A program made the position numbers and the translations under genes. From NCBI RefSeq assembly GCF_001194135.2, contig NC_068991.1:44618044-44682043 (forward strand): a DNA stretch of 64,000 nt, read 5' to 3'. The notes under the pieces are model-generated. The model was given only the letters and a program-made list of their open reading frames with translations. It was not told where the DNA came from and did not search any database. This document shows positions 52,526 through 64,000 of this stretch, piece by piece; the first letter of the stretch is position 1, and every line of letters starts with the position of its first letter. Origin of the DNA: Octopus bimaculoides. Its lineage: Eukaryota.

Positions 52526-53141
52526 GGCAGCTTGAAGATATATATGTACATTTGGTTCTATTACCCAATATATTTTTGTTAAGCATCCATTTCCTGTTCC
52601 TTACCTCTTTGACATGCTTATCTCTCTATCACTAACCTATCACTCATCCTTTCCCCATTCAATCTCTCCAACTTATACTCTCTAGTATCCACTTTGCCAT
52701 TATTCTGTTTCTCTCATTATACTTTCACTCCAACACTGCAGCTCTTCCACTACCCCCACCTCTACTACTCTCTCTTTTGGTCATGTTGGCCTCTTTTGGC
52801 CTTGAACAAACAGACACCATAGGATAGTGAGGACTCTTCATTCAGACTTGTAGAGCATTCAGCAATCCCCATTGTTGGTGCTGTCATAAAATTCTCTAGT
52901 GTATGCTGTAATGCAGTTAACAAATGAATGGAGACAACATAAGAGTCAAAAGGACCCTTTATTGTATCTGAGAACATGCTGCTGATACAATAAAATGCAC
53001 TTAGTACCTTCAGTGGGTGACAAATTGGGCAAGTGTCTTCTAATAGAACTCTGGGATGATCAAACCCTTTGGTAGTCAGACACAAAAAAAAAGAGAAGAA
53101 AAACAAAAGGCCTGCTGTCTCTCTCTCTCTTTCTCTCTCTC

Positions 53142-53172
<31 letters not shown>

Positions 53173-53720
53173 CATCAGCCACCAGTCAAGTGCCTTCACA
53201 TGCACACACACACACACGTGTGTGTGTATGTGTTTGTATATATATATATCTATTATATATACACACATACATGCATGTGTTACTGTCACCTTGACTTGAC
53301 ATCACATGATAGTCATGAGTGTCCTTCATTTCTAATCTGCCATGAAAACATGTCTAGCTATGAGAAAATATTAGCTTACTTGGAAACCAGTGAGGGTTGG
53401 CAACAGGAAGAGCATCTGGTTGTAGAAAATCCACTATAACAAATTCTATCTGACTTGTGTGAGCATGGAGAAGTGGACATTAAAATGATGATGATGTAGA
53501 CACATACATAATTATCTCTTCACACATATTCACATATAAAATTACTTAGACTTACATACCCCGCCTCTCTCTCTCTATTCACACACACACATGTAATTTT
53601 TTGACAAATGGGTATATATAAATTAGTGTGTTGAGTGAAACGATTGTTGTACTGAATAAAGACTGCTAAATCGGTCTTCTGTTTCCTTCATCAGTTATGA
53701 TATATATATATATACACACA

Positions 53721-54956
53721 CAGGGTGCATAAGGTATTTGAGGACATGTTTTTTTTGAGTCATTGCTGCATTTTTTGCTAACTGTATAATCTTTGTTTCA
53801 GAAGATAATGATGGCAGACCCTCAGCTTACTCAAGAAATGAAGAGGCATGCTGTTATTGTAGTTATAAAGGCTGATTATAGCGATTTAGAAATATCTCGA
53901 TTTTTAAAAGTTGCCATATCTTTCGTCTACAAGGAAATGTAATACCAGTATCAAAGCATAAAAAGCATTCTAAATACTCTGAAATCATCAGAAAACTTGA
54001 ATTTATCCAGCAAGTTCAACAGACCATTGATTACAATCCCAGAAAGTTCATGAGGTCAATTGCAAAAAATCTCCATGTGTCAGAAGGTACAGTCAGAAAT
54101 GTTGTCCACGAAGACACCAGATATAAGTCTTATATGATGAGGAACGGTCAATTTGTCAGAAAAAGCAAAGGAAAATCACTACATCAGCTCTAAAAGGCTC
54201 TTAAACAAACTGAAAAATCCAGCAAAAGAAGATTTGATTTGGTTTTTCTCAAATGAGAAAAACTTCAACCAAGATCAAAAAGTTAACAGAAGAAATGATA
54301 GATGGTTATGTGCAGACCCTTCTGAAGTTCCAAGTGTTATGCATACAAAATTTCCTACAACTGTCACGGTTTGAAGGGTTGTCAGCAATGAAGGACATGT
54401 GATGCTTCCTTACTTCTTTCCACAAGGTCTTAGAGTTAACTCTGCTGCCTACAGTGAAGTCCTGGAAATAATTAAGCCCTGGATAGACAGTGTATGCAAT
54501 GGAAGGCCATATGTGTTTCAGTAGGACTCTGCACTATCATACATGGCTCTAGTAATACAGGAATGGATGGCTGAAAATTTTCATGATCACACAACCCCTA
54601 ACATTTGGCCTCCTAATTCCCTAGATCTCAATCCATTGGACTATTATATGTGGAGCATTGTTGAGAAAGAGGTCAATGAACATACCCATAACACCAAAGA
54701 TTCTTTGAAAGCTGCTATAGTCAGAATAATGTCCAAAATGAACTAGGGGCCACTTGATTCGAGCATGTAGATGATTTAGATCTCATATAGAAGCATTTGT
54801 TGAAGCTGAAGGTGACTTTATTGAATGACATTATAGAAAAGAAGGTTTATTTTTATCCTCATAGCATTTGTTGACAAATAAAGTTATTATCTGTTATTAT
54901 ATGTCTGTTTTTTTTTATAAACATAAATCTGTCCTCAAATATCTTACACATCCCCT
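53721..54956 (+). mobile_element. Full-length, inactive Tc1/mariner-superfamily element (maT/DD37D-like)
   Basis: Imperfect TIRs cagggtgcataaggtatttgaggaca / tgtcctcaaatatcttacacatcccct; transposase motifs WFFSNEKNF and WPPNSLDLNPLDY; stops and frameshifts. Subfamily assignment is by motif resemblance only. Confidence 0.85.
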
Positions 54957-54959
54957 AAT

Positions 54960-55009
<50 letters not shown>

Positions 55010-55630
55010 GAAATTGTAGTCATAGCCAGTGCTGATGACATGTAAAAGATACCCACTACTCGTGGCTGGTGTTAGGAAAGGCATCCAGCCGTAGGAACCA
55101 ACCCAAATCAAGCTGGAACTTGGCACAGCTGTCTGGGTTACTAGCCCCAGTCAAACCGTTAAAACCATGCCAGCATAGAGAACAGACGCTAAATGATGAT
55201 AATGATGATGATGATATATTTATATAACATACATACATATACATATGAGAAAGAGAAAAAGAGAAAGCAGCAAATATTTTCGTTATGTTGTGGTGTTTAA
55301 AGTGTAGTATTTGAGAAATACTGTTGAAGGGGTCAAAAACAAGATAGATAGAAAACAAGTAAGAGAATGAATGAAAAAGGGAGAAAATGAAAGAAAGAGA
55401 AAACTGAGGGAGACATCACCTTATTACATCTGATATTTCTAACAAGTCGAATGAGAAGATGCATTGAAATATTTTTCTTCTCAAAGAACTCTTTCTACGT
55501 TGTCATTCTCAATCTTTCTTGATTTGAACTCTAGCTTCTCCCCCACCCACTTTAGCTTCAATTTTATAAATATTCGTGAATTTTTACAAACAATACACAA
55601 TGTTTCAAGCGAACTACAATACACTGTTAC

Positions 55631-55828
55631 CTTTTACTCATACGTTTGGTGATTTCTCCGCGAGGAATACGGGCACTGATACTGTCGCCACGCAGGAGCG
55701 ATAAGGTTCTAAGTTATTGCGTAACATTGTAAAACGTTGTCTGCTTAGAATTGGAAAGACAGGAAAAGTTCGGTTGTTTCCGGATAGTTTCGGCTTCAAC
55801 GTAAACGGGTTGACCTTACAGTACATGA

Positions 55829-55830
<2 letters not shown>
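55631..55830 (-). promoter_or_regulatory. Candidate non-coding first exon and TSS region of the Nav gene
   Basis: CpG-rich unique sequence downstream of (CT)n/(CA)n tracts; donor AAG|GTAACA at 55630 (alternative AAC|GTATGA at 55643); has an inverted paralog at 63330-63530. Confidence 0.6.
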
Positions 55831-55873
<43 letters not shown>

Positions 55874-55937
55874 NNNNNNNNNNNNNNNNNNNNNNNNNNN
55901 NNNNNNNNNNNNNNNNNNNNNNNNNNNNNNNNNNNNN

Positions 55938-55984
<47 letters not shown>

Positions 55985-55989
<5 letters not shown>

Positions 55990-56213
55990 TAGTGTTGCTT
56001 CAGAACTGGTATCGTAAGATCGCCGAGGCAATAAACTGGCCGGCTTTTGGAATAGCTAAAATTGGGAATACCTCATGGAGAAGGAAAAGGGCACAAAATT
56101 GGGGGACAAAAATTTAAAAGATTGAAATGAGCTTAAACTCAGCCACAGGCCCTGATGGATTTCCAGCTATCTTCTTACAGAAATGCAAAGGTGCTCTAGC
56201 AAATTTCCTGTTA
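55985..56213 (+). mobile_element. CR1/L2-like LINE RT fragment interrupted by a Helitron-like insertion
   Basis: SLNSATGPDGFPAIFLQKCK matches the RT N-terminal (S/A)xGPDG motif. Confidence 0.55.
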
Positions 56214-57290
56214 TCTATATATATAAAAATGAGAATGTGTGTGTGTCTGTCTGTCTGTCTGTGTGAATCCCTAAAACTCGAGAACTACGCAACCAATTTC
56301 ATTCAAATTTTACACATGCCTTACTTAGGGTTCCAGTTGTGTTTTAGTCAAAAAATTTTAACTTCTTGCAGAGTTCGAGCCCACGGCAACATAATATCTC
56401 CTCCACTATTTAAGTATTACGTGTCAAAAGTGAAACAAAAACACTCATGTCAAATACTTTCACTTTAAAAATGAAACTATTCTACTAACTGAAACAATCA
56501 CATTTCGATACTGTAATGACAGATACTTTCAGAGAGAGAGAGAAAGAGAGAGAGAGAAAGAGAGATGTATATGTATACATATAGATGNNNNNNNNNNNNN
56601 NNNNNNNNNNNNNNNNNNNNNNNNNNNNNNNNNNNNNNNNNNNNNNNNNNNNNNNNNNNNNNNNNNNNNNNNNNNNNNNNNNNNNNNNNNNNNNNNNNNN
56701 NNNNNNNNNNNNNNNNNNNNNNNNNNNNNNNNNNNNNNNNNNNNNNNNNNNNNNNNNNNNNNNNNNNNNNNNNNNNNNNNNNNNNNNNNNNNNNNNNNNN
56801 NNNNNNNNNNNNNNNNNNNNNNNNNNNNNNNNNNNNNNNNNNNNNNNNNNNNNNNNNNNNNNNNNNNNNNNNNNNNNNNNNNNNNNNNNNNNNNNNNNNN
56901 NNNNNNNNNNNNNNNNNNNNNNNNNNNNNNNNNNNNNNNNNNNNGCAATGTGGTGCATAAATTGTCAAGTAAATGAGACGCATCTTTGCCTCCACTGATT
57001 CACTTGCAAAGTGTTGAGTAAAATTATTTCGTTGCAGACCTCCTTTGGGTCTTTTTATTATCACTGCGACACACATAGTCCCCAGTTAGTAACATTGATT
57101 TCAAGGCCCTCCTAGATGAGAGACTGGCATTTCACTTAATGTCTATGTTCCATGCTGGCATGGATTGGAGAGTTATTAATGTAGAAATATGGTATCGTAG
57201 CTACTAACAGTTGAGGGTTGCATAGTCTAGACGGCGTTTTTAGATTTCATTATTCTCTTTAACCCGGGCAAAGCCGGGTATTTCTGCTAG
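56214..57290 (+). mobile_element. Non-autonomous Helitron-like element
   Basis: A|TCTATATATATAAAAATGAGAATG(TG)n(TCTG)n 5' end; 3' hairpin acccgg-gcaaag-ccgggt (57262-57279) followed by CTAG|T; inserted in AT with no TSD. Confidence 0.8.
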
Positions 57291-57672
57291 TATAGAATAC
57301 AGGAATACTTTGATGCCCCTCACTCCCTATAACTCCAATTTTGTAAGCTGTAGAGAAGGGATGATTTGTTTACATTGAATTTAATAACATACTTTACCTA
57401 CAATTTAGACATTAAACAGTTTATTCATGCGAGTACAGAGACTAATATTATCATCTAACAGGAGCAATAAGGTTCTAAATAATTATTTGTTGTTACACTG
57501 TAAAATGTCGTCTGCTTATAACTAGAAAGTCCGGAATAGTTTCGACTTCAAATGATTAACAATACTGTGTGTGTGTGTTTGTATGCGAGTGTATCTGCCC
57601 GCGGGCAAGCGTAAGAAAGTGGAAGAGAGGTAGATAGATAGATAGATAGATAGATAGGTAGTGAGTGAGAGA

Positions 57673-57718
<46 letters not shown>

Positions 57719-58196
57719 TGAACGAAGGAGTGATAGAAAGAACAATGAAAGGGAGAAATATAAATTATTTCATGCCTACTCGGAGTTTGTCGTTTCTGAC
57801 TTAAAATCGCATTCCACCTTCCTCCTACTTTAATTACTATATAGCAATAATTTAAAAATTCATCAAAAGTAATATTTTTCGCCCCGTATCGAGTTTCCAC
57901 TTATACGCATGCATGTATGTATGTATGTATGTATGTATGTACGTATGTCTGTCTGACTGTCTGTCTGTCTATCTATCTATCTATTATTATTATTATTGAT
58001 ATTATAAAAACCATGAGAGAAGATGGAGATACGATTAGTAAAAGTTTATTAATACATTGACAAGACCCGGTACCTATATTGGTAGGTATTCAACCAGTTT
58101 AATCTGGGATATTTGTATCCCTCCGAGGTTTATATCCTCACCCGTACTTTGGTACACACACACACACCCACACCCACACCCACACACAAATATATA

Positions 58197-58252
<56 letters not shown>

Positions 58253-58390
58253 GTGTATATGTATATATATATATACATATGTACATATGTACATACATAT
58301 GTATATATATACATATCCATACACACACATTTATAAAAATACGTACATACATACATATTTAATACATACATGCATGCCTGCACACATACA

Positions 58391-58421
<31 letters not shown>

Positions 58422-58871
58422 TTGATATTTGAGAATCTACGCAAATAGCGATACATACATACGCACGCATATACACACGTGCGTGTGTATCTGTCGATAG
58501 TTTCGAAATAGAACGATATGTATGTGTTGAAAATGTGTGTGAAAGAGAGGGTATTAAAAAATTAAAAATACAAAACTGATTATTTAAATTACTACCTGAA
58601 TAAAGAAAATCAATGGACACCAACGTAACAAGGATTTCAAGGAAAAATGATACGACACTCTAAATTCAACCCATAAAACAATTTTTCGTGCTTTCCTCCT
58701 GTTTTCTAGTTGACGAACTGAAATTTCAACATGTCAGTCTTCTCATTTGTATGTATATTGTATATATAGATCGATATCTATACATGTTTATTGCCTAGTA
58801 TCTATCTATTAGCAGATAATCCTTTGACGTTGTTTATCTCCATGTATCTATTGTTAAGAAGTAAAAATATA

Positions 58872-58932
<61 letters not shown>

Positions 58933-59018
58933 GATAGATAGATAGATAGGTAGGTAGGTAGGTAGCTAGCTATGTATATCTATCTATCTATCTATCTATC
59001 TGATGAGTTTGTATTTTT

Positions 59019-59111
<93 letters not shown>

Positions 59112-59126
59112 AGCAAACATAACACA

Positions 59127-59860
59127 TCTACTACATATGTGGAAAATGGGTGTGTGTTTGTGGCGTTGTTAGCTAACTCCTCTTACATCGTTTTATTGAT
59201 TTTGATGAAACTTGACACGTGAGTAGAACTCATGTCTGGAAACCTCGTAATATACTTAGATTGGTGAAAAAATCGATAATACGGCCCCTTGAAGGGACCT
59301 TTATATCTACCTCATATAGTTAGGGAAATAACCCATAGCACCTGTACAATATATTTTTAAACACTGAGGGGAAATAACCCATTTCATTGTTTATGTTCGA
59401 TTACTTTGAATATTGATATTTTGTGTGTCCTATTTCTAATTTTTGCAGACAATATCACTTTTATATTTTATTTGACACGTGAGTAGAACTCATGTCTGGA
59501 AATCTTCTGACATACTTAGATTGTTGAAAAAATCGACAATAGGGCTCTTCCAATGGATCCTTCTACCTACTACATATTACTAATATTTTATTTAAACAAC
59601 CCAAAGGAAATAACCCAGAAGGATAGACATATCATTGAGAACAATAGATTTAGTTGGTGGTCTTGTTATTTCTATTCTAGCTTTTGGCGGAGTAGAAGAG
59701 GTTAGAAAGGGTCAAGCGGTGAAGACATTATTTCGGCCTAGCTAAAGGCATCTGGAAAATGCTAAACTGCTGTCAGAGAAAAAGCATTGTTCCACCGTGG
59801 GAAAAGTTCTGTTGCAGTGTTAATTTAAATTTAGCTAGAGTGGATCGAATCCACTTCATG
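59127..59860 (+). mobile_element. Probable non-autonomous Helitron-like element with an internal ~70-bp direct repeat
   Basis: 5' tctactacatatgtggaaaatgg; repeat ttgacacgtgagtagaactcatgtctggaaa..tacttagatt..tgaaaaaatcga at about 59212 and 59472; terminal hairpin gtgga-tcgaa-tccac. No CTAG end seen. Confidence 0.45.
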
Positions 59861-59869
59861 CATGCAAGA

Positions 59870-59936
59870 TCTACTATATATATAAAAGTGCCAACGCATG
59901 TAACCCGCAGATCTTGAGTCACTCTGTTGCTTCTGC

Positions 59937-60006
<70 letters not shown>

Positions 60007-62005
60007 CGCACTTATCCAACAAGCGAACTGCCAGTATCATTTTTCCATCGCCAAGGGTTACAACCAAACCAATCTCTCTTCATGAGTTCATAGATTTACC
60101 TAATGAATACCTATTTTAATTATATTTTAACTGGATTTCCTCTCCCTTTCTAGACAAAGTGAACCACAATAATACCATTGATGTGGAATGTTCATATGTT
60201 TAGCCTATCTCATCCACTATTACATATGTTTAACCTATCCGATGATGGAATACTTGGCCTATAGAATCCTCGCTTGATACGATGTTCCAATAGCTGGGAT
60301 ATTCTAGAAATAATTGTTTGAGACTACGCATACATTCTTATTATATATATATATATATACAGTATCCCACAAAAGTATGTACACCCCTAAAAAATTTCAG
60401 TAAAATTGCCATTACTCTGATAATATCGAAGGAAATCAAACGAAATTTATACTGAATAAGATATATTATACATGAAAAACAATATCGGCGGCAGCAGCAA
60501 CAACAACAACAGCAGCAACATCATATAAAGAATATGTAGTTTTAAGGAGAGTAGGTGACTTTTCAACACACATAACATATATATACGTACATACATACAT
60601 CGGTCTACTATTCACTATTTTCAACTCGAGATTACCTGTGTACGTTTATAAATGTGTGTGTGTCACGTCCTATAACTATCTGTCTCTACTTTTGTGGGGT
60701 CTTCCCTGTTACTGTCACATATTGAGATTTTAAAATTACGTAAAAATTTTCAAATTTGATATATTGAAATAATTTTCCACGTTAATTCCGATTTTGTTAT
60801 TTATTTGTTTCAGAAAAATTGCTGAAAAATATTACTGAAGTTTAAAGTTTAATCAATTTTACCTAATCAGAAAACAGGGTTTCGAAGCTGGCATTTTCTG
60901 CATGATAGCTCTCTATCACAAAATGAAATTAAAATCATTAGGAGGAGGAATTTTTATTAAACAAACGAAAGCAAAGCATTACGACGACCAAGGTTGTAAG
61001 AACTTCGGATCTTTTTGGTTTGACGGGCAACACTTGTTTTCTTAGCGAAACACTTTCAAACTTGGGACACTGGTAGAATGTGTCATATAANNNNNNNNNN
61101 NNNNNNNNNNNNNNNNNNNNNNNNNNNNNNNNNNNNNNNNNNNNNNNNNNNNNNNNNNNNNNNNNNNNNNNNNNNNNNNNNNNNNNNNNNNNNNNNNNNN
61201 NNNNNNNNNNNNNNNNNNNNNNNNNNNNNNNNNNNNNNNNNNNNNNNNNNNNNNNNNNNNNNNNNNNNNNNNNNNNNNNNNNNNNNNNNNNNNNNNNNNN
61301 NNNNNNNNNNNNNNNNNNNNNNNNNNNNNNNNNNNNNNNNNNNNNNNNNNNNNNNNAACCCTAACCCTAAAACCCTAAGCTAAAACCAGTACAAACGCAC
61401 GAACGATGTCATAAATAACAGTGACAAACGAAATATATACCGCTGATAGTTGTTGTTGACAACGGATAGTTGTTGTTGACAAACAACGGCACTAATTTTA
61501 TTCAAGGGAAAAGATCCCGTGACACCGTTGTTTACATTTCACGACATTAATTGTTTTCACCTCAATAGACGTCAGTGATTGGTTGAAATTACCGAACTAC
61601 GACAATTTTTTTACATGAAATAACTTCGAATACAAAATTTTTTATCTGTTCCATAACACAAAATATACAAGTATTCGAAGTTTGAAAGTGTTTCGGTACC
61701 AAAAACACTACATAAAACATAAATGAAAAATGTTGCCCGTCAAATCAAAAAGATCCAGAACTTCTGAAGTTTTAATAAGTCTTAATGAATAAAGTCACGT
61801 GAAATGGTCGAAAAGACATGTAAATAATTCAAAAAGGAAGCCCCCCCCCCCTCAACAAAGTTTCTTTGCGAAAAGTTGCACAAATCTGTCCTGATCAAGA
61901 GGCCTATCTGTCGGGGAAGGCATACTCTGACATGGAATAAACAAAAAATTATATAAGACATTCTATTGTAAAAAATTGCTTGGCAACGACGGGCTACGCA
62001 ACTAG
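59870..62005 (+). mobile_element. Possible Helitron-like element with nested insertions
   Basis: A|TCTACTATATATAAAAG 5' end at 59870 and ggcaacgacgggctacgcaaCTAG|T 3' end at 62005. Pairing of these two ends is inferred. Confidence 0.4.
60997..61765. mobile_element. MITE-like element with inverted ends and an internal (TAACCC)n-like tract
   Basis: ggatctttttggtttgacgggcaaca and cgaaacactttcaaactt (61007-61063) are inverted at 61678-61756; aaccctaaccctaaaaccctaa abuts the internal gap. Confidence 0.7.
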
Positions 62006-63278
62006 TTTCATATAAAGGAAATTATGACTGAACGAAAATAAAGTTTTTTCAAAAAATTTTCTTTTTTTTATATTTATACTTGTCCCTTTCCATCCGTCCC
62101 ATCCTTTCCATTCACAATGTCGTATTCCCAATAATAACTTCTCTTAAATCTCTTAAAGTTCGCTGTTTGTCTGCTAGGGTTGCTACTTTGAGCTGTTCGC
62201 CTTTTAACTATTTTTGGTGCAAAAGTCCATCAAGTTACGTGCCCGCATAATTTTAGTCCTTTTTATTATAATTAAAAGCTTTTCTATTAAAAGTGAAATC
62301 AGAATTTAATTCAAGATTTTCTGTCCAAAATTTTGGTTACATATCACTTCGGCTGCACATTCAGTATTTGCCATTATGAGAGACACATTATAGTGCAAAT
62401 TTCTGTATATTAACAGAAATTTTAGCCAAAATTAGAAGATTAGAAATATTTGAAAATCATCATAGATTTGGAATATTCGTAGAACGAATACTACTAAATA
62501 TAGAATTAATTCATTTTTAATTCACGTTTTTTTCATATACTTTTAATTTCTTTGTTATATACCAGTTTAAATACTTGAAGGTGGCGTGTTGGCAGAATAG
62601 TTAGCTTGCCGGACAAAATGCTTAGCATTGGGATCGATGCAATCGACTAACCCTCCCACTTAAAATGGCTGGCCTTGTACCAAAATTTGAAAGATTTTTA
62701 TAGATATTTCAATATATCATTTTAAATTTCAATGTTTAATTGAATTATTTTAAAGCTGTACGATGGACACAAGTTTCAAGTATTATTGAAAAGGGATAAA
62801 ATTCATTTGAACATTTGTTTTAATACCTAGAGAAGTTTTGGATATCATATATAGACTTAAACGAAATAGTAATTGTTATAAATTACCTATCGAAGGTTTA
62901 AAGAAAATTGAATCCATGGATGCTTATAAATCATGTAAAATTACAGTTTCTACAGCAAAAGAAATTGATTGGGAAACCTTCGAAATTATTACGGAGTAAA
63001 AATAGAAGTTATGTCAATTTGATTTTAATTTAATCAGAATTGAAGTTTTCTAAAATAAATCTTTTAAAAATTCACACGTCTTTATGAAATTTTTTTTGCT
63101 TAGGTGCTTTCATTTGGTACTTTTTACATTTATTCAGTGCATTTTAGCTATGGAAATAGAGCTTGTTAAAATTGTTTTGGAAAAACTGTTGTCTGCCTCA
63201 TTTTCGTTTTTCAAATCTCCCACCCTATGGAGCCACAGCCATCTTTTTCTTCTTCTTCGTCGTCGTCGCCGTCGTTTT

Positions 63279-63314
<36 letters not shown>

Positions 63315-63329
63315 TCTCTCTCTCTCTCT

Positions 63330-63530
63330 CATTTACACATCTTAAGCCAACCACTGAACGTTGAAGCCGAAACTATCCGGAAACAACCGAACTAGTTCTG
63401 GCTTGCCAGTTCTAAGCAGACGACATTTTACAGTGTTACGCAATAATTTAGGACCTCATCGCTCTTGTTTTGATTACAACATCGTTCTCTATACTCTGCA
63501 CAAAAAAGCCATCTAATGTCTAAATACAAG
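63330..63530 (+). promoter_or_regulatory. Candidate non-coding first exon of a divergently transcribed paralog
   Basis: Inverted homolog of 55631-55830: a 36-bp identical block plus a 44/50 block; preceded by (CTA)n(CT)n; donor AAG|GTAAAG at 63531. Confidence 0.6.
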
Positions 63531-64000
63531 GTAAAGTAACTTATTAAATTATTTGAAAAATATTCATCTCTTCTTTACTGCTTACAAAATTGAAGGTAGA
63601 GGGAAGGAAGTATTAGTGTTGAAACCAAGAACGATAAAGACATATTTGAAATAGTTTTTGAAGTGATAGAAATTGTATGCATATAATTCTTCGTTGGAGT
63701 TTTGAAATAGTTGCTGTTACCTCATAGGAGAAGGAAAAAAGCAAGGAATTGGTTGTTTTTATTGTTACATTCATATTCTAGTACTCCTGTGCTTAATACA
63801 ATGTGAATTAGGATTCTGAAAAATTTTTTTTCTCCAAAAATTATTAGTTATTATTATTTTTTTTTTTGCTTCCCAATTCTGTGCCATTTTCCTCCTCTTT
63901 AAGGCACGAAACTTATTCTTGAAGCCCACTATTTGTCTACCTTCTTTTACGTAAGAAACGCTATCATCTCTCTCTGTCACACACACACACACACACACAC

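Noticed and set aside
55638-55826. 62-aa ORF (MYCKVNPF...) across the conserved element as a conserved micropeptide
   Set aside because: The paralogous copy has a TGA immediately before the shared block and no ATG. Most differences in the 50-nt block are non-synonymous (Q/R, R/H, M/V, E/G, Y/H), so the constraint is not protein-coding.
61357-61378. Telomeric (TAACCC)n, suggesting a chromosome end or fusion
   Set aside because: Only a few imperfect units, lying inside a TIR-bounded element.
992-61383. Long ORFs containing X runs or YIYI/THTH/CVCV/ERER tracts
   Set aside because: Artefacts of N-gaps and (TA)n, (CA)n and (GA)n microsatellites.
55690-63470. The inverted pair as TIRs of a 7.8-kb DNA transposon
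   Set aside because: No sharp termini or TSD, homology fades gradually, no transposase lies between the copies, and outward-facing splice donors are retained. Not fully excluded without a copy-number search.

Overview
AT-rich, repeat-laden animal genomic DNA with scaffold N-gaps, most likely an octopus (inferred from the repeat content and the molluscan-type channel sequence). The main feature is the 5' part of a voltage-gated sodium channel alpha subunit gene (Nav1/para-like) on the minus strand. Nine coding exons between 46691 and 17650 splice in frame (1281 nt, 427 aa). They encode the N-terminus, all of domain I (S1-S6, S4 [10 protein letters not shown], pore loop TQDYWENL) and the start of the I-II linker. 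The rest of the gene lies beyond position 1 or in gaps. One intron (41735-40554) is a minor-spliceosome AT-AC intron. A candidate non-coding first exon lies at about 55631-55830 (-). An inverted, diverged copy of this exon, with a splice donor at the homologous position, lies at about 63330-63530 (+). This suggests a head-to-head paralogous gene, probably a second Nav, that shares a conserved and apparently structured 5'UTR element. Introns and intergenic DNA are filled with decayed RTE LINEs, Tc1/mariner elements, Penelope-like fragments, Helitron-like elements, SINEs, foldback MITEs and microsatellites.
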